A stretch of DNA of 62,931 bases, filler included, from Basidioascus undulatus (GCA_000826855.1; 11 parts of 11 records of this genome joined end to end with filler, not necessarily neighbours in it), one strand, 5' to 3'. Counted from the first letter of the whole stretch, positions 38,261 through 51,629 are shown. Numbers and translations are program-made. The notes: a model not told the origin generated them from the sequence alone.

Positions 38261-38630
38261 GAAGAGGGGGTGAGAGTGCCAGACGGGCGCGACGATGGAC
38301 GAGACGGAGGAGGACAAGCAGGTGTATTGGAAGCCGGTTTCGGCGGGCTTCCATGGTGGTCCTGCGGAGCAGTTTATGGGAGGGTTTTGAGCGGACGAGG
38401 GGGCTGTGGCTTCCGAAACTGTGTGGACGGAGGTGAAGGGGGAAGGAATGAGTTGGGCTGCACGAGGCGTGTGGGGGCGGCGGCTTCCTTCTGGTGAACT
38501 TGATACATAAACGACTTCTCGGCTATAGTTCGCCTTCCAGCAACACGCTGTAGTCTTGTCCGAATCGCCCTGCAGCATCGAGTTACTGCTGAACAGCAGG
38601 ACTCGCTTTCGCCTTCCTCAGCTTCCGCCC

Positions 38631-39290
38631 CTACAGCTTATCAAACCACACTTCAGACCGCCCCTCAACAACCTTGCCCTTTGGCTTACCCTCGATCGTA
38701 CCCCCACCCCAAACACCGTTCCACCCTATCCCCTTCACCTTCCCCTCCCCATCCACATCAAACTCCACTGTCGCCGGCTCCTCCGCCATCCCGCGCATGC
38801 TAAACGCGCTCGTGTTCTTGCCATACCCATCCGGGAAGAGCTCAATGAAGGAAATATTTCCCTGTAAAGTATGATCGAGGTGAAACTGGACGTGCAAGTG
38901 CGAGAACAGGCGCGACCAGGACGCTTACAGACTCGAGTTGGTGGTTGAGGATAAGACGGAGAAGGTCGAGAGAACGGAGGGGCAGGACGCGGCGGTCGAG
39001 GATGCCGAGAAGAGGGTGATATATCCGTAGGCGGGACTGTTGTAAGTCCCGCAATCGAGGCGGCCTCAAAGGCGGTAGTAGGCAAGGTGAAACTGGCAGC
39101 CGAGGACGCAGCCTTTGACTGGTCGGACGCACTGCGCAGTCTGTTTCGCAGAATACGGCTCAGTATCACCAAAAGCAAATGGTCAATGGAGACGGAGCGG
39201 TCTGCCAGAACCCACCTTGGGCGCCAGTCCATGCGCGGCAGCCCAGAGCATCGTCAAGCAGCTGGTACTGCAAGATGTTCGACCGAGCGC
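38631..39290 (-). pseudogene. C-terminal remnant of a beta-lactamase/peptidase S12-like serine hydrolase
   Basis: LLDDALGLPRMDW, GTYNSPAYG, LFPDGYGKNTSAF, EVWFDKL*; frameshift near 39040 and in-frame TAA at 38925-38927; catalytic N-terminal domain absent. Confidence 0.6.
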
Positions 39291-41517
39291 TGTCAGTGAG
39301 TGGATGAGCGGGAGGAGCAAGGTCAGCCGGAAGAGGAGGGGCAGCATGCTTGGGATGGGGATGAGCTAGGAACTGAAGGGAGCGAAGGAAAACAGAGGAA
39401 GACAGGAAGACGAGCAGGCGATGCAGCGACTGCCAGGCGCCACGATGAACCTTGCGCACTGTCGGCAGTAGCAGAATCTCATTCTCTTCGGGGAGTTCTC
39501 TGGCACCTTTGCAGTGTAAGTATCCTAAGAAATGTTCTTTTGAACTATCGCGAGCGAATCCAAGGTTGCGCTGACGAAGCCCCACAGCAAACACATCCCC
39601 CGCTGCCTGCAATCCCTAAGGACAGTTTGCAAACATTCATCCTTCTCCATCAACGCTCGTCTGCGTCTGGGCAAGTAAATCGATAATAGAACAACATTAC
39701 ATAAGATACTAATACGTGCGTGGCGTGCGTGCGTGGTGCGTGAAGGTAGGTAGGCAGGGGGGTATATGTGAAGGTGTGTCGTCAAGATCGTGAAAACTCG
39801 TTGGTAGGGGTATCGTCTGCAGTGCGTGGGTGCGGGGCCAAGAAGAGCAGGGAGCTGAGGGATGAGAGAGAGGAAAAGGGAGGAGGAAGGGGAAAGGCAC
39901 GCGACAAGGGGACGAGCAAGGGGAGACGGGAAGGTGCAGGACAGAGGAGCAGGATGAACGTCGTCTGGATCATCAAGGGCGACGGCGCGGAGAAGCGCTN
40001 NNNNNNNNNNNNNNNNNNNNNNNNNNNNNNNNNNNNNNNNNNNTTAATTAATTAANNNNNNNNNNNNNNNNNNNNNNNNNNNNNNNNNNNNNNNNNNNNT
40101 CCGATGGAGGGCGACGTGGGCGAGGCCATCGCGGGGAAGATGGGTCGTTAGGTTCGGGTCGTAGCTGGTCGTTAGGAGCGTAGGATTAATCGTCGTCGAG
40201 AGTCGTAAGATCAAGAAGCAGCGTAGGTAGGCGGGAGAAGGAAGGACGAAGCCAAGTCAGCGCGCACTCGGACAGGGGGGCTTGGACCCCTCGCTCCGTC
40301 AAACCTCGAGGGACTCACCGGTCGTGTAGAGCAATAAGTCGATATCCGTACCCTCCCCTTCAAGTCACAATCTTAATTCAATGTTCAACGACGGTGGTCG
40401 AGTCGAAGGAACGTAGGCAAACGAGCGTAAGTTGTGCAAGGAGAAGGTCAAGGTCAAGCGAGCGATAATCGGCGGGCGAGGGGAAGCCGACAGCGCGTCG
40501 ACCGGTGTGCCCCTGTCTGTCGATGGCAGCTTCTCCTTTCCTTAAACGTTGAGATGGTTGTATAACTTCTCAAATGCTCAGATATGTGTTGAGAGATTTA
40601 TTTACAGGCTGTCGTTACACCCGCATCCCCGACTCTGACGCGAAAACAAGACAGGCGTCGTCACTATGCCGGTCAACGTGTTTCTGCACGTGACCGTGTG
40701 ACTGCAGCTGGGCAGCCCTTTCGATTCGCTTGTTCACGACTAAGAGACACGTAAAATGATCAGAGCGAAGAAATGCCGTTGAGATGGGGTTTCAGCTTTC
40801 AGAAGGGCAGAACAAAGAAGACTATGCGGAAAGAAGGAGCCGGAGGGGGCGTGGCATAGGCCTGTTGGATGCCCGTTTGTTGTACTTGTGTTCGCGTGCA
40901 TTGGCTGATTGTTAAGTAGCATCTCGCATACACTTGCAGAAGAGGTCAAGCTGCTCAGCGTTCAACTGCAGGCAGTTTGACGCCATACCGGGTCGACGGA
41001 CATGACGCAAAGTTCCAACGCGACTTCGACGCGTCCTGCTTGCTGCCTCCTTCCCCCCTCTTCCCCAACCACCTCGTCTTCCTCCCCCATAGCCATGAAG
41101 CGCTACACCTAACCCCCATCCTCCTCCAAGCACTTCCAAGCGTTCTAAACCCGGCCCATACTCGCTGGACTCGTTCCTCACCACCGCGCCGCGCTACGCA
41201 ACCGCACTGGCGACCTGCCCGCCTGTGACGGACCGGGACAGCGTGTCAGCGCTATGATATACACGCCTCATGTTCATGGGTGAGAGTACAAGTGCTGCCG
41301 CAGCCGGCCTTGTCCGTCACGGAGCCTGACCTTCAGCTCTTCCCACAACTGTCCCGGGACACCCGGAGGCACTTTCCCTCGAGCACCTTAGCCGGCAGCT
41401 GGAAGGCGCACGGGCATGAGCACCTTGCCAACCGAGAGAATGAGCAAGGCCGTGCCCGCAAGCCCTGCGATACTGTCGGCACGCGTCGACGTTAGCTTTT
41501 CGCTCTTGATCTGAATT

Positions 41518-42071
41518 CTATGGGACACGTACTAAGGCGGTGCAAATTCTGAGATCCCCCAGCAGGTTCTCCTTCACCGCAGGGCACATTCTCTTCTCCG
41601 CCTCGTCCCGAGGAAGGAGTGCGTACCACGACAGCTCGAATCGGCTCGCGTCTCCGCTGACCGGCAGGTGCTGGATGTGGAGATTCTTGGAGCAGTTGAC
41701 GCGGTTCTCGAAAATCTCAAGGGCGGTATACAGTGCGGACGTGAAAGCGGTCGCGTGCTTGGCTAACCACTTGCGGAGGAGCGCCTTGAAGACTGGTGCC
41801 CCGTCGGGGTCGGAGCGAGCGTGCGCGAGGTCCTTGCATCCCTGCTTATGCCTCGCCCAGTCTGCGCGCTGGCATGCGAGATGAGCAATAAGCGGCTTCC
41901 AACCGAAGCGGAAGGTGTCAGGAAGGGGGTCCCTTGCGCTCGGGGATGGGGAGAGGGACACCCTGCCTGCATTGCCCACAACGGTGGACTTCCGGCCTCC
42001 TTTGCAGGGTACGGGGGGGCGGGAGGCTCCATTATTGCCCAAGTTCGAGTTGGGAGACATTTTGCTTTCAA
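41518..42071 (-). pseudogene. MYND zinc-finger protein, apparently degenerate
   Basis: RCGQCR (alternative frame) and CQRADWARHKQGCK followed by a helical domain; frames inconsistent at the 5' end. Confidence 0.6.
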
Positions 42072-42973
42072 ATTGAGGTGCTCGCGAGAGACGGGCAGGA
42101 TGATGGTGGTGCGAAGGCAAAGGCGACAGCGATTCGGCTGCGGCAGACACGGGTTCCGCCGTACGCGTACGCGTATGCTTTGAGAGACGTATAAACCACA
42201 GAACAGAGATTACTAGTACACATTCACTGCAGCCACCTGGCGTCTCTTCTTCAGCCAGTCGGCTGATTATCGCTCCACCGAGCGTGTGGCTTGGGCCAGC
42301 TCAGCCACAGAGAGTGATCAAGCTCGTTCACTAAGTCACCGATGAGACATGAAGATGATTTCCAGGTAATTCCCGTTTTTTTCGACCCAATGAACTGTTT
42401 CCAGTGCCAGGGAGAACGGCGCCTCACCCCTCGCCGCCCATCACACCTCCCCCGCTGCTTCGGCTCAGATGCTAGACCCCTTTTACGGGCTTGTTCTGGT
42501 AGATGAGAGTACCTTGCTTGTATAATAGTTTCTATTCCCTCGGAAGCTGGATAGAAAATCGGGCTATTACAGTGCGATCCGGGAAAGACAGGCAGGCTGC
42601 TCGAGAACAGGTAGCGTTGAGGTGCTGGGGAAGAACGTGGCTTGAATTAGCCATATCATGTTCCGAGCGAACCTGACAAACTTCGGACTGTCCTTCTTGT
42701 CATATTATACAGGCATGCGTACCGGCAGTGCAAACCAGACAACGAGCTCACCCCAAATCCCAAGCAACCCTCGTGTTTGATTTGGCAGCCCTTCGGTCGC
42801 ATTCCCGATCGGGCCTTCGCGCCGACCCCGCACGCCCCGCGCATGCGCATCTCGCCTCTCCTCTCACGCCAATTCCCAACCGCAACGACTCCTAACTCTT
42901 GCTTCCACCATCTCAACCTATCTAACGCACCTTCCGCACACCCATCACACATATATACAGAGAAGAGAGCAGC

Positions 42974-43430
42974 ATGTCCACAGCGACCTCAAATCCCAGC
43001 ACCGGCGCGGACGACGCGGCGGCGAGTGCGGCGGGCGCGGCGGCGGCGGCGGGCGGGAAGCGAACGTACTCGGACAAGCCGAGGCGGAAGATCTGTGTGT
43101 TGGGGAGCAGGTTCGTCGTGGGTGATGGTGTCTCTAGAGGTATGAGCTGCAATGAAGCTCATGTGCTGGTTGGACTGGGTCGGGCGCGCGGGGGGAACAG
43201 GAACGTCGGTGCGTCCTCCTCTCCTCTCTCCTATCGCTGGTAGAAAGGTAGCATGCTCAGGCTTTATGGGAATGGGTGGACGGTGAACAGGCAAATCCTC
43301 CCTCGTTGTGCAGTTCGTGGAGAGCCACTTTGTGGACTCGTACTACCCCACGATCGAGACGACTTTCACCAAGACGATCAAGTACAAGGGCCAGGAGTAC
43401 GAGTGCGACATCTTTGATACCGCTGGACAG
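42974..43430 (+). CDS. RHB1: Rheb small GTPase, 5' part
   Basis: RKICVLGSR|NVG|KSSL, FVESHFVDSYYPTIE (Rheb effector loop), DTAGQ; remainder lost at contig end. Confidence 0.93.
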
Positions 43431-44713
43431 GTCAGTGTTGGCTGCGGGACTCGTTGTGGGTGGAGATGGGGGGCTGGAGGATTGCTTCAAGGCGGACGGA
43501 GATGGGGAATCGTGGGATGGGATGTTCGGAAGCCGCGAGGGTGCTGGGGCTCTGCAGCCTGCTGGGATCACCACGCTCGTTCGCATAGCCCACATCACGG
43601 TCCGAGCACAGCGAGTCAATCTCGTATCATTGCGCGTACGCGCCGCCCATCCAGCGCGAGACGAGCTTCCGCGCTCGTGCCGCGGAGGATGGGCACACGG
43701 CCTTTCACTCTCACTCTCACCCCTGCTCAGTTCCCTCTCCAACTCCGCTTTCGTACCCGGTACTGACATACCCGCTCTGTCCCTCCCCTTCCCGCGCGCC
43801 CTCCGCCACCACCTCCCCCTCTCATACCNNNNNNNNNNNNNNNNNNNNNNNNNNNNNNNNNNNNNNNNNNNNTTAATTAATTAANNNNNNNNNNNNNNNN
43901 NNNNNNNNNNNNNNNNNNNNNNNNNNNNTGCGAGGGAGTCGACCGGTTGCGGAAGGGAGGGGTGAGGGTGGAGTATGTGAGCGGGGAGGGATGGGAGCCG
44001 GTGGGCGACGAGGCGCCGACGCTCGCTGAGGAGTGTTTGCGGAAGGCACGGCGAGGGCACGATCAAAAGGTCTGAGGCCGGAATCTTGTTCGGTTCTCGT
44101 CCAGAACGCACATACCCTGCACAGAATGGTCTCTCGCTGCTAATGGTGTCTCGTTCGCAACCTCCAGGTACTGACGGTACTGACACTCGAACGCCCGCAT
44201 CTTTCGCCTCGGCTTCGGATTCGATCTTTCGCTGAATAAAGAGTTAAAGAGTATTTCGTGATATAGCTAAGCCAGTTTGATTGTCGAATACCAGCCATTC
44301 TCACTCGAAACGTCTCAGTTCTCGTATTCGCGGGCCGGTGCCCTCACGGTCGCTTCGCGCAGCTCCTTTTCGGATCTTGTCACCCGGTCACAATATTTGT
44401 ATTGGTCCTCGAGCACAGCATGTACCCAGAGCGCGTCAATTTTCGCCTACCCAGCTGTGCATCCCGTCCCCTTGGCAACGGCCGACCACCGTCGCAGCTT
44501 TCAAAAAGCATAACGCCTTCCAGCTCGTCTTCTTTCTCTTCTCTACCTCAACCCGAGCCCTTTCTTAATCCCCATGCTTTCATTGTCGCTGGCCGGCCTT
44601 CAAGCTAACTTTCAACGCCACCCGCACTTCGTTCTCGTTCCGGTGAGCCCCACCGACTGCGGCATTCACCGTCGCATGGCCGACTGATGCTCATCTTCAA
44701 AAACCCCACAGAT

Positions 44714-45568
44714 ATGCAGTCCATCCTCTTCCTCTTTACTCTCGTCACCCCTTGACGGTCTTCGCCGACGCCCGTCTCTCGCCCGCCCGCCGCAACCCAC
44801 ATGCAGCGCCATTCGCGATCAGCGTGCGCGGTCTCCACCCGTACAAGCCGGCGCTCAGCGTGCTTGCCGACCCGCAGGTGCCGCAGGAGGTTCAGGACGC
44901 CTTCACGGCCACGCAGAACCTGCGCGACGCTGCCACTGAGGCCAAGTGCGTCTTTCCTCCTTTGGGTCGTTGAGTCGCCTACTAGTACCTACTGCTGACA
45001 GCGCGGTGGGGTGAGCAGCAACGCCAACGCTGCTGACGACCTCTTCGACATCCTCGACTCGGCGGAGGACTCGCTCTCCACTGGCGGGTCTGCGGCGAAC
45101 GTGCGTTGCTCCCTACTTGGCATTCCTCCGCCTTCCGGCTTACTGACGCAGTTAAGGCAGGGCTCCCGCCGGTGAAGATAACTTCGTACTATCCGCATAC
45201 CGCTACTCAGAGGTAGGCGTTGAGCCTGCTCGGCCGTCGGATGACTTGACCAATTGGGACCGCTTGCACTTTCTAGATGCTCTTCGATGCTTCGAGCCCC
45301 GAGCGGATGCACTGCAGCGCCCGAGCATACACTTACAGGGCCTGCGTCCAGGTGGTTCATGAAACAGCTAATGCTGGTATCTCAGAAGGTGAGCCGCTGT
45401 GGCACCACTAATAAGCAAGCTGGAGGTAAAGCTCATACCAGGGTGGAAACACAGGACCCCTACGTCGCATCCAAAGCGACGGCCGAGCTGCACACAGCGA
45501 TCTCCAATTGGGCCTTCGTCGACCCCGTGTTCTGGGCGAAGATCCTCAAGCAGATACTGTTTGGCTAG
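44714..45568 (+). CDS. Small secreted-type uncharacterised protein with an apparent 1-nt deletion in the signal peptide
   Basis: MQSILFLFTLVT[P]LTVFA signal-like start, out of frame by one base at the C run near 44750; GT-AG exons to KQILFG*. Confidence 0.5.
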
Positions 45569-46507
45569 ACGCCTGGGCTTGCTTGTTCTCCTTGATAACA
45601 TGCATTCGCGCTGTCTGGTTTCGGTCTGCGAGAAGCTCCGTGTCAAGTCTGTCTTGGCGGCCCAAGGCCAGGGAGCGATGACAGGCACGTCTCTAGTTAA
45701 TCTGAATGTGCTCCAATCGAGCACTATCAACTGGGCCAAACGGCACATGCCTTTCCTGATCTGGCGTTGCAATCACGTCGCTGACACGGACACGTCTTGG
45801 GAATGAGGACCGGTGCGTGGTGAAACTTGGGTGCCAAAGAACGGGAGACAGGCCTTTGTTATCCCTACTCCTGACTTGCTGCAGCTCCGCAGTTTCAATT
45901 ATAATAAATGTTGTAATTCTGTCAGCCTAGGGCCCGTTTATTTAAAGAAGCAAACAACCTCTGTGCCAGACGGCACAGTAGGCGACCTACTGCCGTCTTC
46001 GCACCATCAATCGGCTCTGCGTTTCTGGACTGTCGTCGGGAAGGCTGAATACGCACATGTCCGCTGAACAGGGGAGTTCTCTGTACATCAAGCGGCTTGA
46101 ACAACAGAAGGAACAAAAAGGCTGGAAAGCACTGCGCTTCCCCATGCCATCGCCACCTATGCACCGAGAACCTCCCCGGTCCGCTGAGCTCAGCGCAGCG
46201 TCCTGGTCAGCGATCACCGACCATTCCCAGCAAGCGTCCGGGATTTGAAGACATTTTCAAGTTCAATGGGCGAGACTTGAAAAGACATGTGAACGCTCTC
46301 GATTCAGATCCACCCGCGTCGACAGAGCAACGCTCTTTCAAGCGCCTCGCACACTGCAATAAGCTGAAACCAAAGTCAGAATAGCGCAAGTGATCGACAT
46401 CCGACCTCGACGCAAAGCAACAAAGCCTCGAGAGAAAGAAATAGTACAACATCCCCTCCCCTCGCCGCCCCACCCTTTCCTTCGCCACTCCATCTCCCAG
46501 CCCACAA

Positions 46508-47586
46508 TCAAGTCTGCTCCGCCACGACCGCCTTCTTCTTCTCCGCGCGGGGCTTGCTCTGCCCCGCGCGCGTGTGTGCGCGGCGGTTCTCCTCGCGCAC
46601 GCGCGCGGCGTCGAGCACGGTGCGCTTGAGCTGCGCGGCGTTCCGGACGGCTTTGGGAATGTTGCGGCGGCTGTGTTCCGTCCAACCCATCCCCGGTGTG
46701 CACATCAGTATCTCTCCCCAAAAGGAGGAACCAAAGAGAAGGGGAGAAAGGGAGAAAGGGGAGGGGGAAGAGGGAAAGGGGAGGGGGGGAGAAGGAGAAC
46801 GCACCGCTCCACCTTCCTGACTTCCCCGACCTCGCTCCACCGCTCGCGCAGGGCGTCGCGGTACTGCGTCTTTTCGCGCTCGCGGCCGTCGACGACGCCG
46901 AGCTTGTCCGCCGCGCGCGCCTTCCAGATGCGCAGGTTCCCGTCGTCCGAGCCGGTGAGGATGAAGCGCGCGTCGAGCGTGTAGGTTGCTGTCATCACAC
47001 TGTGGGGGTGCCGTTTGTCAGTTTGGGGCGGAGGGCGAGGTGATGGAGAAGGAAAGCGGCGGGAGGGGGAAGGAGGAAGGAGGGAAGGGAGGGAGGGAGA
47101 AGGGGAGAGGAAATGGGGGATGCGGAATGGGGCGAGGAGGGACTAAGACGCACCGCTGCATCCGCTTCGTGTGATAGCAGTCCTTGCTCCGCCCATGGTT
47201 CCTATCCCAGATCCTAACCGTCCTATCCCATCCGCCAGACACAATCTCCCCTCCCGTAGGGCTCCACTCGCACCCCATAACCGCGGCCACATGGTCCTTA
47301 TACACCTGCACCGCGCCTCCACCAAGATTCCTAATATCCCACGTGTACAGGTTATGGTCCTCGTTCGCCGCCAGCAGGAGCGTGGGCAGGAGCGGGTTGA
47401 ACGCGAGGTGGTTCGACTTGAGGGGCGTGAGGATCCGCCCGATTGACCCGCTGGCAACGCGCAGGTCCCAGAGAGAGAGGGTCCGGTCGGAGCCGGAGGA
47501 GGCCAGGACGGAGGTTTCGGAGGGGGAGAAGGTGAGACAGGTGAGCAGCTCGTGCCCCCATTGATAGGTCTGCGTGGGTTCGGATC
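46508..47586 (-). CDS. SOF1: U3 snoRNP WD40 protein Sof1/DCAF13, 3' part
   Basis: AANEDHNLYTWDIR, VYKDHVAAVM..WSPTG.EIVSGGWDRTVRIW, YHTKRMQR, ILTGSDDGNLRIWKA, Sof1 C-terminal domain. Confidence 0.96.
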
Positions 47587-47765
47587 TGCGTGGGGGTGGG
47601 TGTGAGCGAGGGGGAGGGGGTTGAAAGAATTGATGGAATAATCGGGGATATTAGGANNNNNNNNNNNNNNNNNNNNNNNNNNNNNNNNNNNNNNNNNNNN
47701 TTAATTAATTAANNNNNNNNNNNNNNNNNNNNNNNNNNNNNNNNNNNNNNNNNNNNCAAAAAGCA

Positions 47766-47838
47766 AGCCCCACGCGGGGGTCGAACCCGCAGCCTTGAGA
47801 TTAAGAGTCTCACGCTCTACCGATTGAGCTAGCGAGGC
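47766..47838 (-). tRNA. tRNA-Lys(CTT), intronless
   Basis: GCCTCGCTAGCTCAATCGGTAGAGCGTGAGACTCTTAATCTCAAGGCTGCGGGTTCGACCCCCGCGTGGGGCT folds as a full cloverleaf. Confidence 0.97.
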
Positions 47839-47939
47839 TTAACGCACCTTTTGTGCTGTACACCAGTACAGAATACAACCATCTCAGCCGAGTGTCTGTC
47901 GTTCGCAGCGGCCAGCCAGAAATGGAGCAGTGCGGCAGC

Positions 47940-49345
47940 TAGCATGCCGAGCTCCGGCTGATAGTGTTCATGTGTTACATATGGGTTGCACGAGATTTTC
48001 AGACCTAGCAGGTCAACGAGCGCAGTGTCGGCCGTCGTGTCGTCGCTGCGTCGGATCGTCCTCACCGCCGCGTTCTGCAGCCACTATCCCATTGGTGTCT
48101 GACAGTCAAAGCACACATCTATTTGGAGCGGACGGACGTTGCCCGGCGCACAGTCTGGCAGTTCGGACTGTATGTCGGCGTCTTTGTACAGTCGATGAGC
48201 ATTGCTTTGTGGGTCCAGACTGTCTTGCGATGGTGGTGACGACGATCTTCATGCGACCGAGCTCCCACTCCCTCTGGCGCTCCGGGCGCTCCGCAGCCGA
48301 CAAGGCTGCGTGGTAGCTGACCGCGACCAAGCCCTGCTTCTTCAAGCGCGCTACAACCCCTCGACCTCCTTCTTGGTGGTCAGTATATGATTCCTATGGC
48401 AACTAAATGTCAGTCACTGTTGATGAAACAATGAATATTGCATTTACCGGTTTGGCCGCGGTGGTTCTCCTTGATGAAAGACGTGATGTCGTTTTCGGCT
48501 GCGCCCCTCCGTTTGAGGTAAACAGAGTCTGTATCAGCGGGACCTAGTCATCAATAAAATCTGTAACCATAAGATGCAAGTGGGCTCAAAAATACAGTGC
48601 AGGTTCGGCCTGTTCAGCGAGCCTTGAATCTTTATGCCACCGTTTCGCATGCCGAGGCTTTTCACGATCTGCTGTGCCCGCTCGCCGGTGGTAGCTGTGA
48701 GCGCCATGACCGGTACGCCGTCGAAGCGTTTGCGGCGGAGATGGCCGAGTTGGGCATACACCTGTGAAAGGACAACATGAAACGCTGTTGCCGCTATTCG
48801 CGAAGAAGCTAGCACGTAGAGGGCGGAAATCACCTCGCCACTGCAGAGGGCAAGACAACATGGTCAGCGACTTGCAGAAAAAGTAAAAGTCAACATGTCA
48901 ATATCCAACGTACTTCAGCGATGCAATGCGTCTCGTCGACGGCGATCCGAGCGAGGAGGCAGCGTCCATGGAGATCGACCAAGGACTCCAAGAGCAGCTC
49001 GCCTTTGAAGAGCTGCTCAGGCGCCAGGTACAACAGCTTCATCATCGGCGTCGCTTCAGGACGCGAGCGCGCTGGCCGGGGTCGATCTCGCTGTACAGCG
49101 CGTAGGCGGGGATGTCGCGCTCGACGAGGCTGGTGACTTGATTCTGTATGAGCGCGATGAGAAGTGAGACCACCACCGTCACGCCGCGGTCGAGCAGCGC
49201 TGGCAGCTGGAAGCACAGCGACTTGCCCGCGCCCGTGCCGAGCACGAGCAAGACGTCGCGCCCGCGCAGCGCTGCCCGGATCGCCTCACGCTTCTGCGCG
49301 CGGTAAGTCTTCGAGGCCGAACGCCTTGCGGAGGACCGCATCCAT
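47940..49345 (-). pseudogene. RecQ-family DNA helicase, decayed
   Basis: LRKAFG..YR...EAI, GTGAGKSLCFQLPA, KLLYLAPEQL, IAVDETHCI, DFRP, MALTATT, NRPNL, YHAAL, IVVTTIA; frameshifts near 49310 and 49055. Confidence 0.85.
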
Positions 49346-51629
49346 GCGAGCTCGATGTCCGGCTTGGACGCGGTCGCGTCGTCGTCTTCCAAACCGCGCG
49401 CATATCCACGCCATGCACCGCGTCGAAATGTGCCAGCTGCGACCTGAGCTCGGCACGACATCCGAGATCTTGCCTGTTCACCGTGTCACCTTGATCCATA
49501 CGGGGGTATACTTAGAGAACGGAAAAGATGGAACATTGCCGCTTGAGCTCTTCAGGATCCTGCGCAGGCCCCCCTCCGCCGTGTCGAGACCTTGTTTGAT
49601 AACGTACAGCCTCTCGCCCACGGTGAGGAGAGTGGTTTGCACTGTTCGGAGCTGATCCTGGACTTGCTTATTTTCGCCTGTTGTGATACCAGGCAACAAG
49701 TTTTAGTATCACATGGAGGGAAAAGGTCAGAGGCTGGGACGCACCGAAGAGGCGTACCCCGCCTTGCGACTGCGGCAATGGGCCGTCTTCCGATAGCCGG
49801 CTTGTGCTGTACCTGCTTTGAGCACTTCCGCCACAAAATATTCTTTTTAATCAGTCTTACGTATGGAGGCAAGGACGCAACGTTCTCAGACGGGTGGATA
49901 GCCGCGGGTCCGCAGGCACGTCCTGCCATTTGGTCCAACTGTTAGACAAATAAATACAGAATACTCGGCCAGGTATACCTCCCCTGCTTCCCCCGGGCAC
50001 CTACGCCGTCGCCGCTCGTGGGCGGCGGCGCCGAACTGGGCGTCGCGTGCGAGTGCGAGGACGCTACGTTGTCCAGACACACGAGGATCCCGGAAATATC
50101 CGCAAATGGGTGGGCTTGCATGAGTATAACGGTAAGCTTCGAGACTGACAGAGGGTTGAGTGTCAGCGGCAAATGTAGCGTCCGCTCGGACGCAGGCGCG
50201 GTCGCGGAAGGCATGCCCCCCTGCAGGTCCTGCAGTCGGCGCTCAGCCTTCTCACCTCTCCCTCCTATTTGGATCTTCAGACGCAAACTCACATTCGCGT
50301 GCTTTCAGGCTGCTGGGCTCTTCCCTCGCATTCCGGGCGCGGGCGGCAATGGCGCTTCCTGCAAGCCAAGCTGACCTTTCAGCGGCTGTATGTTTCCACC
50401 GCGAACCGCATGCCCTGACGGGGATGAAAGAAAACCTACAAGCGTCTCGGACCCTCCAAAACCCGAAGCTGCTTTTACAGCGACTCGAGAGCGAAAGCCC
50501 ATGACGTCCTGCATCTCCCACGGCATCACCATCTCCTTAGCCCCTCGCTCACTCACTCACCCAAACCCCCATCGCCGTGCGCCGCTGCTTACCTCTCCAA
50601 GCTCAGGCGACGGCGCACCACTGCGCCCTGCCTGCCCGTCGTCCGGAATCTACCCATCCTTGCCACCCTCAGTGCCAACTCACCCCCTCCTCCGACTCCC
50701 TCAGCGTCTCGCTCGACTCCGACTGTGTCGCAGAGCCAGAGCCGGAGTGCGAGTTTTCTTCTTAGTCCAAGTGCGGTACGCGTCCGTACCCACTGCCCAC
50801 TGCCAGCGGGGCATGTTTCTTCTACCCTCACCCATAGTGACACTTTTCTTCGAGCTTCGAGCAATGTGGAAGTGCGAATCGCACTTGAGTAACGGAGCGC
50901 GAGCGAGAAGTGCGAATGCGTGTGAAGACTTGAGCGACAGCGGTTGAACGAATAGTTGGTCAGTCAAGCGAGTGAGCTGTTTTCTGGACTCGAGCGGCTA
51001 CCGAGGTTCGGAAGCAAGAGGTGAGCGAGAACGAGAACGAGAGCGAACGCTGTCGGTCCCCGACCACGGATCACGAACCTCGAACGGAAGAATGCGGTGT
51101 TCCTTCCGATCAAAGTCAGCGACGAGCGCGAGGCGCGCGCGTGGGTACGGTGAGTGAGTAGTGTCTGACAGCGGAACACGTGGAAGCCGAGCAGACTCGT
51201 CGCGTCCGGCTCGACGTTGATGGTCAGATGGCGTTGGAAACATGAAAGAGCGCTCTCCCAATAAGCAGATGCAGCATCGCCTGTGTATCTCCAAAACCGT
51301 CAAAGTCATGCCACCCCGTTCGACCCCTTGGCCGGCGAGCCCTGCCCCGCGCCCTCAGTGCCAGAAAGCATCTCCTTGACGCGCTTGATCATCTCCCTCC
51401 TCTTCTCCGGCTGCCCGAACTCTCCCAGAGCATCAGTATCCTACTCCCCCAACCGAACCACCGCGACTCACCCCTTCTNNNNNNNNNNNNNNNNNNNNNN
51501 NNNNNNNNNNNNNNNNNNNNNNTTAATTAATTAANNNNNNNNNNNNNNNNNNNNNNNNNNNNNNNNNNNNNNNNNNNNTCCCCCCGACCCCGCACATTTT
51601 CCTCCCGACCCTCCTTCGAACCCGTGCAG

